Source: an uncultured Gemmatimonadaceae bacterium (GTDB lineage: Bacteria > Gemmatimonadota > Gemmatimonadetes > Gemmatimonadales > Gemmatimonadaceae). From it: 64,000 nucleotides of DNA. The notes below the pieces were generated by a model. It saw only the letters and a program-made list of their open reading frames with translations. It was not told where the DNA came from and made no database searches. A program made the translations under genes and the position numbers. Numbering within the stretch: position 1 is the first letter of the stretch; every line of letters begins with the position of its first letter. Positions 44,012 through 52,684 of this stretch are shown here, in pieces. The stretch is from the NCBI GenBank assembly GCA_963817955.1, contig CAWFQK010000002.1, forward strand, positions 672,001 to 736,000. Reading direction: 5' to 3'.

Positions 44012-44123
44012 GCAGAGTACTTTATGATGTAAAGCCTGCAGGCGCAAGAGGCCCTGGAATTGAATCGAACAGACGCGACTATACATCGAATAGATGGTGC
44101 TGCAGGCCGAATCGACGGTAGGA

Positions 44124-44157
44124 ACGCGAACGGCCGCCCTCGGGCGGCCGTTCGCGT
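44124..44157. terminator. Perfect 15-bp hairpin downstream of 44191..44949
   Basis: ACGCGAACGGCCGCC-CTCG-GGCGGCCGTTCGCGT. Confidence 0.75.
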
Positions 44158-44190
44158 GTACTGCGGATTGTGACCTGCTGGTGCGACGAA

Positions 44191-44949
44191 CTACGCGGCC
44201 GACACCTCACTTGCCGACGGAGGAGTTACCAGTGGCGTGGCGACGGGTGATGTGGTGACCGGTGGGGTGGAGACCGGCAACGGCGTCGTCGCAGTCGTCG
44301 ACCCGATCTTGATGCCTGGTTTGCGCTGGATGCGTTTGGCGGTCTGCCAGGCGGCGAGCAAGGCCTGGTCGGCGCCGATGAGCGGCAGGAGTTGCGAATC
44401 GAGCAGCTTGATCATGTTGCGTCCGCGCTGCTCCTCGATCGACAGTCCTGCCGTGGCGCCGCGTCGACGGACGCCGAATGTTGCTCGACCATCGAGCGAT
44501 TCCTTCATCGTCTCCGCCGCTGCCTCGAGGCGTGCGATGAAATCGGTCGACAGCCCGCCGTCGATCAGCACGGCCTCGTGCCGCCGCGACGCCTCGGCCA
44601 TGGCCGCCGCCGAAGCGAGCAACGGCTCCGTCGAGACCTTGGCCCGCGGCATCGTCAGCGAGCTGAAGTCCGGGACTGCCTTGAGCCGGATCTTCGCGAC
44701 CGCCGCGATGCCCTGCATGTGATGCGTGCGGAGTGCGACCCGGAGCGTCTGCTGGCGCGACGTCTCGCCCCGACTCGCGCGACTGCCGTCCTCTTGCGCC
44801 GCTGCATGCGCCGTGAGTTGCGCGATCGTGTCCCTGAGCTCCCGTATCGTCGTCGAGCCGGTCAGTGCGATGAACGGGCCGGGATTCGCTGCGATGAATG
44901 CGTCGCTGCGGCGGAGCGTCTCCAAGGTACTGCCTTCACTGTATTTCAT
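44191..44949 (-). CDS. Uncharacterised alpha-helical protein with Pro/Thr-rich tail
   Basis: GGAGG RBS before MKYSEGSTLETLRR; amphipathic helices; GLSTDFIARL, GATAGL, LLAAWQTAKRI. Confidence 0.75.
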   Translation of the reverse strand: MKYSEGSTLETLRRSDAFIAANPGPFIALTGSTTIRELRDTIAQLTAHAAAQEDGSRASRGETSRQQTLRVALRTHHMQGIAAVAKIRLKAVPDFSSLTMPRAKVSTEPLLASAAAMAEASRRHEAVLIDGGLSTDFIARLEAAAETMKESLDGRATFGVRRRGATAGLSIEEQRGRNMIKLLDSQLLPLIGADQALLAAWQTAKRIQRKPGIKIGSTTATTPLPVSTPPVTTSPVATPLVTPPSASEVSAA

Positions 44950-45058
44950 ATGGCCTCCAAGTGGCCATGGGGGCGCCAAAAGAAAACTGCACGCCGGCGG
45001 GCGCCCGACGCGCCGGCGTGAAGAGAGAGCAACAGACGTGAGACGTGTCGCGATCGCC

Positions 45059-46235
45059 GTCGGGAGTGACGGAATGGTCGCCGAGAGAGACGGACTCGTC
45101 GTCGGGAATGACGGAATGGTCGCCGGATCCGACCGAGTCGCCTTCGGAAGAGTTGGAGTCGCGTTCGGAAGAATCGGAGCCTCGTTCAGACCGGTCGGAG
45201 TCAGCGTGAGAAGCGGTGGTCTTGCCTGTTCGGTGCGGAGTCCGTCCTCGACGCGAGCGCCTGCGAGCTTCACGACCGGGCGTGGCGCCTGCGCACGAGA
45301 CGATTCCATCGGCTGCATCAGCCATCCCTGCTGTTACGCCAGCCATCCCAGCTGAACGCGAGCGACTGGGTCGTACACGCCGATCCATTGGCTGTGGACA
45401 CGAACCCATTCCACGTTGACACGGATGAGTCCCTCGTGACATCGCGCGAGAGAGGTCTCAACGGCCGAGAGTCCGATGTTGACGGCGAGGACTCCTGGCG
45501 TGACGCCGGTCGATCCCTCCGGCACGGCGTGCAGTGGGTGGTGCACACGCGGGCATTCGAGCTGAACGAGCCGGAAAGCCTCCTGGACGGCCGCGAGTCC
45601 GATGTTGACTGCGAGCCGTTCGTGCTTACACGCGAGCTGTTCGTGCTTGCGCGCGAGGAGTTCGTGCTTGACCGCGCGCCGTGCCCTCTCACCACCGGCG
45701 AGTCACCCCTCGACGCGCGTGGGTTCCCTCTCAACCGGAAGGACTCCGCCCTGACCGAGACGCACTCTCAGGTGGACGTCAGGGCATCCCAGCGAACGAA
45801 GCGAGGATTGTGGGTGGACGCGCGTGAGATGGGCGTGAATGCGCGGGAGAGGCGTGTTGGCGAGAGACGGTCCGGTGTGGCGTGAGCGGCATCGGGGCTC
45901 GACACCGGTGTATTCCCTCTTGACCGGAATGACTCCGCCCTGAGCAGTGGCTGGTGCGAGCTGGATGCGCCGGAGTGCCTGCTCGATCGCCGCTCATTCG
46001 GTCTCGACCGCGAGGACTCCCACCTGCACACGCGTCAATTCGGTCGAGACCGCGAGGGATTCCACCTGCACACGCGTGAATTCGATCGAGACAGCGAAGG
46101 ATTCCCTATGAGCAGGCGTCGATTCCGTCTGAACACGCGTGCATCCCCTCTGCACGCCGACCGATTCCTTCTCGGCACGGTCGCATCCCCTCGGGCCGCC
46201 AATCGATTCCTTGTCACCGCCCGTTCGTCCCGCCA
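45059..46235. repeat. ~1.2-kb degenerate 21-bp periodic tract
   Basis: GANTC at 45238, 45427, 45469, 45490, 45595, 45700, 45742, 45931, 46015 (all multiples of 21 apart); also 45093, 45135, 45156, 45198. Confidence 0.85.
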
Positions 46236-46446
46236 TGATCGTAGTCCTATATATTAGTTCCGAAAACAGGGGGTCAGCGCAAGGGCCAATATGTCCGATT
46301 GACCAAAACCGACATGTTTTGACGATTTCGGCGTTAGTACTAGTAGAGAGACACGTCAGTCGCGATGCCGCTGACCCGTGTGGTGTGTCCCCTCAACCTT
46401 CGCGCAGGTCATTGGTTCTCATTCACAGAGCGGTGCCGGCGCGCCG

Positions 46447-46530
46447 TCACTGCCGCTTGAATGCGTACACGCCGAATAGGCCGCCGGCGTAAACGCGATC
46501 CGTGTCGATCGACGGCGCGGTGACTCAATA
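46447..46530 (-). pseudogene. Possible C-terminal fragment of a beta-propeller protein
   Basis: VTAPSIDTDRVYAGGLFGVYAFKRQ* with upstream in-frame stop. Confidence 0.3.
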
Positions 46531-46673
46531 TGCTGGTGCGTCGCCGTGCACCAAGTCACCGCCGAATGGTCTTGGGGTGCGAGCGCCAGGCGCGCTTGAA
46601 CAGGCCGCATAGCGGGCCAATGAGCGTCATGCTCGAGACGCCCCCGCGCGTCTCGAGCAGATCGAATTCCGAC

Positions 46674-46702
46674 TTGCCCCCGCATGCTGAATTCGGCATA
46701 TT
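46674..46702 (+). promoter_or_regulatory. Promoter with palindromic operator of the TA module
   Basis: TTGCCC-N17-CATATT containing ATGCTGAATTCGGCAT; GTG start 6 nt after -10 (leaderless); 12-bp hairpin at 46630-46659. Confidence 0.6.
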
Positions 46703-46708
46703 CCACGT

Positions 46709-46944
46709 GTGAACACCGAGACGGGATCCCTCAAACCAACTGAGTGGATGGGCTCCGCGCTCGACGATCTCCGGGCGCTGCCTGACGAGTCCCGACGCGT
46801 TTTTCGGGTACGCCCTTCACCTGGCGCAACTCGGCCAACACCACCGCCTGGCGAAACGGATGAAAGGCGAATTTGCCGGCCTCATCGAGGTCGTCGATGA
46901 TTTCGATCGCGATACCTACCGCGCGATCTACACGGAAATTGATC
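46709..46944 (+). pseudogene. RelE/HigB (Gp49-like) toxin, frameshifted and C-terminally deleted
   Basis: LKPTEWMGSALDDLRALP..F / GYALHLAQLG..AKRMKG..EVVDDFDRDTYRAIYT; the usual VLHAFQKK C-terminus is absent. Confidence 0.8.
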
Positions 46945-47325
46945 ATGACCAAGCGAGTCGCAGGAAAGGGCAGCAAAGCGAGCAAGTCGCGCCACGACAT
47001 CGACGACATCCCCGTCACGCGTGGGAGCGGAAATGTGTACGCGGATCTCGGTTTTGCGAACCCGGCTGAGGAGATGGCCAAAGCCGAGCTCGCGATCATG
47101 ATTGACCAGGTGATCCGGGAGCGTCGGCTGACGCAGCAAGCGGCGGCCACGCTCATGGGCATCGATCAGCCCAAGGTGTCGCACATGTTGCACGGCCGGC
47201 TCGGCGGTTTTTCTACGCAACGGCTCATGGAGTTTCTGACCGCGCTCGGCCGCGATGTCGAGATTGTCGTGCGCGCCGCGCCGCGGTCGCGGAAGCGTGG
47301 CCGGCTGCACGTCGCTGCCGCCTGA
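46945..47325 (+). CDS. HigA-like XRE/HTH antitoxin
   Basis: GSGNVYADLG, LTQQAAATLMGIDQPKVS, GFSTQRL, LGRDVEI. Confidence 0.9.
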   Translation: MTKRVAGKGSKASKSRHDIDDIPVTRGSGNVYADLGFANPAEEMAKAELAIMIDQVIRERRLTQQAAATLMGIDQPKVSHMLHGRLGGFSTQRLMEFLTALGRDVEIVVRAAPRSRKRGRLHVAAA

Positions 47326-47483
47326 ATCTGCGGCGCGGACGGCCGAGCGCGTCCGCGCGTTTGGCTTCGCCTCGCGGGACGAGTATTCTGAGTAGCAGAG
47401 GCCGATGCTTCGCCCTACCCATTTAGGTATCGGACAACCAGCCCGCCATACCCTATTGTTCTGACACCCCACGTCGCACGCCA

Positions 47484-48060
47484 ATCACGTCTCCACGAGA
47501 TCCGAACCCTGACTTCGAATCCGTCGTTGCCGAGGCACGGGCGTTACAGGCGCAGCTTCCGTGGCTTCGCCTGATCTGCGTCGGTGGCACTGCGGCGGCG
47601 CTGCACGCCCGACATCGCTTCAGCTGGGTGCCCACGCCGGAAGAGACTTTACGCATCAAGGCGTGGATGGTGGCGGATCGTGGCGCCACACGTGATTACC
47701 TCGACGTCGCGGCGCTCGGCGACCTACTCGGGGAGGCACGCGCCACCCAAGCGCTCGCGCCCCTCAGCCAGTTGTACGAGAACCTTGGAACTGAGACGGC
47801 GACCATGCGGTTCGCTCAGGCCGCTATGAACCGGCCGGTTGATGCGGACGAGGTGGACCTTCGGGCATATCGCGGTCTCGCCGCGCCGTATCAGGACCTG
47901 GAGTACATATTGCGCCGCGTGCGCGAATGGGCGGTGCCTGCACTCGAGCGGGAGCTCGGCACGGCACATGAGTCACCGATTGCCGGGCGGGAGCCGGAAC
48001 AGCCCCCTTCGTCAGGGCAACAGCCACGTCACGACGGGTCCGGATCGAGGAAACCACTAA
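47484..48060 (+). pseudogene. AbiEii-like nucleotidyltransferase toxin with internal deletion
   Basis: VGGTAAALHARHRFS joined directly to WVPTPEETLRIK..RGATRDYLD; catalytic DxD strand missing; no in-frame ATG found. Confidence 0.7.
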
Positions 48061-48374
48061 TGAAGCAGCGGCGAGAACATCTGGCCGACGAGTTGGCGGA
48101 ATCGCCCATTCGGAGCCGCCCGGGGCGTGTCACGGCTCAGGAGAGTTTCCTCGATCTCGTTGACGATCTTGCTCAGGGCGACTTGGAGACGTGGCGACGC
48201 ATCTACGCAGCCGCGCTCCACGACCAGACGGTCCGCGCGGCCGTGGAGCGCGCGACTCGTTTAGTTGACCAGGACTTCGCGAGTGCTGGAGCGCTCTGGC
48301 AGGCGCTCATCGAGCGGATGCCGCCAGCCGTGGCCCGTGGCCCGTGTCCCCCGCCCGTCAGCCGAAGATCCTGA
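48060..48374 (+). CDS. Putative partner (antitoxin) of the nucleotidyltransferase
   Basis: TAATG coupling at 48058-48062; DDLAQGDLETWRRIY helix pattern. Confidence 0.5.
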   Translation: MKQRREHLADELAESPIRSRPGRVTAQESFLDLVDDLAQGDLETWRRIYAAALHDQTVRAAVERATRLVDQDFASAGALWQALIERMPPAVARGPCPPPVSRRS

Positions 48375-48471
48375 CGAACTTCATCAGGATCAACACCAAC
48401 ATGCCGATCAGGTAGATACGCAGCGCCAGCAGCGCGACGCGAACGGTTCTCGTTGTCTGAATGCGTGGCAT
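48358..48471 (-). CDS. 37-aa single-TM micro-protein of the NRAMP operon
   Basis: Not in ORF track; MPRIQTTRTVRVALLALRIYLIGMLVLILMKFVRIFG, 6 nt after the MgtE-N gene stop. Confidence 0.7.
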   Translation of the reverse strand: MPRIQTTRTVRVALLALRIYLIGMLVLILMKFVRIFG

Positions 48472-48477
48472 GGGACT

Positions 48478-49728
48478 CTACTTCACGATGTCCTTGTAGT
48501 GGATGACGCCGAGCAGCTGATTCGCGTCGTCCACCACGGGCAACATACGATAACGATACTTCTCGAACATATCCGACAGTTCGTTCTCGAGCAGATGCTG
48601 ATCGGCGGAGACGACGGGCGTCGCCATCAGGTTGCCCAACGTTTCAGCTTCGTCGGCAAGCACCGCCTCCCGCAGGTCGACGACTCCCACCAGCAGGTTC
48701 GTGGGCGGCTGAATCACGTAGATGTAGTACACGAACCGCGGGGCCAGATTCGACTGATGGATGCTCGCCAGCGCCTCGCCCGCCGTCGTGGTCGGCGGCA
48801 GCGCGACAAATTCGGATGACATCAACGAATGCGCGTCCGCGTCGTGCCGCTCCAGGAGCGCCTGCGCGCGTGCTGCCCGATCCTTGGACAGCAGCAGCAT
48901 CAACTCGTTGCGGTCCTCGTGCGGCAGTGACTCCAGCAGATCGGCGATCTGCGGTACGGACATCTCAGCGAGAATTTCCCTCGCGCGGTCCGGCGACAGA
49001 TCGGCCACGATCTGTCGTTGTGCGCGCGGCTCCGCGTCCATCAACGTCTCGGCGGCCTTCTCGGAATCGAGCACGGAGAACACCGCTTCCTGCTCTTCCC
49101 CGGACAGCTCCTCGAGTGCATCGGCCAGATCCTCGCTGGGCAGCTCGAGCATCTGCTCGCGAATGACCGACAACGAGAGCCGCTTGCCGGGCGCAGCATC
49201 CTCGATGGACAGTGGCTGCACACTGCGCCAGGGAATGAGCTCGTCCTTCTGCCACGATAGCCAACCCAGATGCCACTTGCGGAGGAACCCGTTGAAGGAC
49301 GTGTCGACGTGGACGAGAATTCCGCGGCCGCGGCTCACGAGAAGATGCACGTCGTTCACGATTGCGACTCGACGGTCTTCCATGTCCAGCACCTCTTTGC
49401 CCATGAGGTGCTCGTTCAGGAGAATCCAGCCCGGCTGGTCCACGAACGGCGGGTAGGTGTCTCCGATCTCGGGGGGCTGGACGAAGATGGTCCCACCCTC
49501 GATCCGCGTCACCCGCTCCCACGGAATGAACTCGGTGGGATTCCCCCAACCGTGGCTGATGAATACTCCCACCGCGTCCGGGTACGGCTCGCTGAGCCGG
49601 AACACGAGGTCCGTGAGCTTTCCGATGCGGAAGGATGCACGTGTCTCGCTCACCTGGTGTCCCAGGAGGTCCGAGAAGAAGAACAGCGTGTACTCGGTCG
49701 CGGAATTCGCGGATGTGGGCGCGGTCAT
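48478..49728 (-). CDS. Soluble PRC-barrel + MgtE N-terminal + CBS pair protein
   Basis: EDLADALEEL, AAETLMDAEP, AHSLMSSEF, YYIYV, LPVVD; no TM domain. Confidence 0.88.
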   Translation of the reverse strand: MTAPTSANSATEYTLFFFSDLLGHQVSETRASFRIGKLTDLVFRLSEPYPDAVGVFISHGWGNPTEFIPWERVTRIEGGTIFVQPPEIGDTYPPFVDQPGWILLNEHLMGKEVLDMEDRRVAIVNDVHLLVSRGRGILVHVDTSFNGFLRKWHLGWLSWQKDELIPWRSVQPLSIEDAAPGKRLSLSVIREQMLELPSEDLADALEELSGEEQEAVFSVLDSEKAAETLMDAEPRAQRQIVADLSPDRAREILAEMSVPQIADLLESLPHEDRNELMLLLSKDRAARAQALLERHDADAHSLMSSEFVALPPTTTAGEALASIHQSNLAPRFVYYIYVIQPPTNLLVGVVDLREAVLADEAETLGNLMATPVVSADQHLLENELSDMFEKYRYRMLPVVDDANQLLGVIHYKDIVK

Positions 49729-49737
49729 TGTCAGGCG

Positions 49738-51078
49738 CTACTTACCGAACGACTCGAATAGCTTGGGGAACATGACTGAGAGGCCAAAGACAGATGAGAC
49801 CAGGATCACGAACGCCGTGATGGACCAGTTGGCGATGTTCTGCGACCGCGTGTTGGTGTGTTCGCCCATCAGCGGCTTGTCATTCAACAACAGGATGAGG
49901 AAGACGAGCGCGGCCGGTAGCAAGGTCACGGCCACCACCTGCACGAAAATGGTGATCGCGTCCTGTGCTTGCGTGCTCGACACCAGCGACACGACGCCCG
50001 CCGAGAGCAGCGTGAGCAGATAGGCCACGTAGAACCACGGCGCCTCGCGCACGCTCCGGTTCAGCGAGTGTGCCCAGCCAAACACCTCACCCAACGCCCA
50101 GCTCGACGACAATGATATGCAGAGCGCCCCGAGCAGCCCGGCATCGAACAGGCCCACGGCAAACAGCGTCTTCGCCCACTGCCCCAGGTGCCCCTGCATG
50201 ACCTCCGGCATCTTCGCCGCCGTCTCCGCGGCAGACTCGACAGAGATCGGTCCACCGGGATGATAGTAGAAGACTCCGGCAGCAGCGATGATGATGAACG
50301 CCGCCACCGTGCAGGTGAGGATCGAGCCAAACAGCGTGTCGATCTTTCCGAACTTCACGTCCTTGATGTCCAGCCCCTTGTCCACCACCGCCGACTGTTG
50401 GAAGAAGATCTGCCAGGGTGTGATGGTGGTGCCGATGTTCGCCATGACGAGCGTGATCAGCGCGACGGCGCCAAACTGCGGCCCGAGCTTGAAATGCGGG
50501 GCGTAGAATCCGCGACCGACCTCACCCCAGCCGCCGCTCACGTTGCCGGTCTTCATCGCCCAGATCGCCGCGGGGATATACACAAAGTTGAACAGACAGA
50601 ACAGGAGCGTGAGCTTCTCGAACGTCCAGTACCGGCCGGTGATCACGATCGCCATGAGAAGCATCGTGACGCCGATGAACGTGATCCACGGAGGTATGTT
50701 GAACAGCGCCATCGCCTGCGTCATGCCGATGTATTCGGTGACGAGGGTGAGCCAGTTGATCACGGCGAGATCGAACACCGAGAACCAGCCCCACACCGGA
50801 CCGAAGGCGTCGAAGATCGCCTCCGCGTGGCCACGCTTGGTGACGGCGCCGAGGCGGACGGTCATCTCCTGGACGTAGTACGCCATCGGCACCAGGATGA
50901 TGAACGCCCACAGCATGTTGAAGCCTGTCTTGGCGCCCGTCTGTGCGTACGTGGAGATCCCGCCGGCGTCGTTGTCGGCAACCATGGTAATGACGCCAGG
51001 GCCGAGTACCGCGAGAAGAATGACCCAGCGGCGCTTCAGACGGGATAGTTGATGTAGGAGCCTGCTGATCCAATACAC
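49738..51078 (-). CDS. NRAMP-family divalent metal (likely Mg/Mn) transporter
   Basis: GPGVITMVADNDAGGISTY, QEMTVRLG, IGTTITPWQIFFQQS. Confidence 0.92.
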   Translation of the reverse strand: MYWISRLLHQLSRLKRRWVILLAVLGPGVITMVADNDAGGISTYAQTGAKTGFNMLWAFIILVPMAYYVQEMTVRLGAVTKRGHAEAIFDAFGPVWGWFSVFDLAVINWLTLVTEYIGMTQAMALFNIPPWITFIGVTMLLMAIVITGRYWTFEKLTLLFCLFNFVYIPAAIWAMKTGNVSGGWGEVGRGFYAPHFKLGPQFGAVALITLVMANIGTTITPWQIFFQQSAVVDKGLDIKDVKFGKIDTLFGSILTCTVAAFIIIAAAGVFYYHPGGPISVESAAETAAKMPEVMQGHLGQWAKTLFAVGLFDAGLLGALCISLSSSWALGEVFGWAHSLNRSVREAPWFYVAYLLTLLSAGVVSLVSSTQAQDAITIFVQVVAVTLLPAALVFLILLLNDKPLMGEHTNTRSQNIANWSITAFVILVSSVFGLSVMFPKLFESFGK

Positions 51079-51261
51079 GCGCCGAGGGCTCCCATCATTT
51101 TAGGTAGCTTTACACCAGATCCACGAGCTGTTCGGTGGCCTCGGCCTGTTCGGACTCGGGATCAACTGCGGGGTCGACCACATGATAACGCATTTGGTCG
51201 CCGAACGGGTCGCCACGAGCCCATTTGATCACGCCAGGCCACCACGGTCGCCGGCGGACGG

Positions 51262-52167
51262 TCAGTTGGACGCCACCAGCCGCACTTGCGTTCCCCAGGG
51301 ATCGCGTGCTGTCAGGTCCCTCCCATCGCGGTCCGCGATGAAGCCCTGGCTTTGCAGGCTCGCCGCGGCCGCATTGATCGCCATCTGATTGGGTACGACG
51401 AGTTCCCACTCGAGCAGCCGCGCGTCCTCGCTCGTAGCAACGGGCGCATTGGCCGCCCAGGTATTCGTTCCGAGGTGGTGATGGTATCCGCCGGCGGACA
51501 TGAACAGTGCACCCGGATACTCCCAGACGATCTTGTCAAAACCGAGCGCCTGGTGGTAGAAACGTTCGCCATGGTCCAGATCGCGCACGGAGAGGTGCAC
51601 ATGTCCAATCACCGTGCCAGACGGTGCGCCCGTCCATGGCTCGCCCCCAGCCGCCGCGACGAGATTCGGGACGTCGAGCGGAGTCGTGGTCATGATGATC
51701 TGTCTGTTATCGAACCGCCATTGGCTACGCGGGCGGTCGGCATACACCTCGATCCCGATTCCATCAGGATCCTGGAGATATACCGCCTCGCTGACGAGGT
51801 GGTCGGACATGCCGGCATGTACCCCGAGCGACGCGAGATGCGTGACGAACCGCCCGAGCGCGGCGCGATCAGGCAACAGGATGGCGAAGTGGTACAAGCC
51901 AAGATGCCCGCGACGTGAAACGGCACGGACGCCCGGCTTTTCGTGCAGCTCGACGAGCACGCGCTGATCGCCCCGCGCACCAAGCATCGCAACGTCGCCC
52001 GATCGCTGGATCACGCGCAGGCCAATCACGCTCTCGTAGTAGCCAACCGAGCGTTCGAGATCGGCAATCTGCAACCGCACGCGGCCGATGTGCGTCGCGT
52101 CTGGTAAACGAAAGCCGGGCGGCGCAATGCCATACTGGAGCATCTGGTGTCCTGCGGTATCGCTCAT
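51262..52167 (-). CDS. catE: VOC family catechol 2,3-dioxygenase (CatE-like)
   Basis: GLYHFAILLP, DHLVSEAVYLQDPDG, GHVHL, GGYHHHLGTNTW. Confidence 0.88.
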   Translation of the reverse strand: MSDTAGHQMLQYGIAPPGFRLPDATHIGRVRLQIADLERSVGYYESVIGLRVIQRSGDVAMLGARGDQRVLVELHEKPGVRAVSRRGHLGLYHFAILLPDRAALGRFVTHLASLGVHAGMSDHLVSEAVYLQDPDGIGIEVYADRPRSQWRFDNRQIIMTTTPLDVPNLVAAAGGEPWTGAPSGTVIGHVHLSVRDLDHGERFYHQALGFDKIVWEYPGALFMSAGGYHHHLGTNTWAANAPVATSEDARLLEWELVVPNQMAINAAAASLQSQGFIADRDGRDLTARDPWGTQVRLVASN

Positions 52168-52196
52168 TGGAACCTCACGGGTTCCTGTGGATCACA

Positions 52197-52646
52197 TCAC
52201 CGGCGCAACGTGGGTTGCACCGCGGCATCGGCGCGCCGTCCAGCAAGGATGGCGTCGACCGAGTACCCACCTGGCCCGGCGAGCATCAGCGCAATGCTCG
52301 TCCCGAGCAGCGTAAACGGGAACTCGTAGCCAGTCGGCAGAAAGAAGCCGTTCTTGAAATGGACGAACAGGATGGCGCCGATCATGTCGGCGGCAATGCA
52401 GAGCGTGGCGAGCCGCGTGAACAGGCCGATGATCAGCGCAATACCGGCCAGGAATTCCACGACGCCAATGAACGGCCCGATGATGCCAGGCAGCGGAATG
52501 CCCATGTGCGTGAACGCGGCGGCAGTGCCGGACAACCCGTAGACGAATAGCTTTTGCCCACCGTGCATGACGAAGACGCAACCGAGTATCACCCGAAGCA
52601 GGAACAGGGCGCCGTCGATGCGGTTGGAAGCAGTACGCGAGGCCAT
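52197..52646 (-). CDS. DoxX family protein (CatD-like)
   Basis: LRVILG, HGGQKLF, GLFTR, GYEF, GPGGYSVD; upstream of catE. Confidence 0.9.
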   Translation of the reverse strand: MASRTASNRIDGALFLLRVILGCVFVMHGGQKLFVYGLSGTAAAFTHMGIPLPGIIGPFIGVVEFLAGIALIIGLFTRLATLCIAADMIGAILFVHFKNGFFLPTGYEFPFTLLGTSIALMLAGPGGYSVDAILAGRRADAAVQPTLRR

Positions 52647-52684
52647 CGGGTGAATTCTCTTGGTTGAGGGACGAACCGCGGCAA

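Noticed and set aside
45059..46235. CRISPR array, or the 375-aa extended ORF 44191..45318
   Set aside because: No constant repeat plus spacer structure; a clear RBS supports the start at 44949 and the extension is repeat-derived
28880..48400. Prophage or ICE
   Set aside because: No integrase, structural, replication or conjugation genes, and no flanking direct repeats seen
51079..51261. M-box or yybP-ykoY riboswitch upstream of NRAMP
   Set aside because: Only a TAAAGCT-like 3' fragment is visible; the conserved 5' AGGTGAGGCT core was not found
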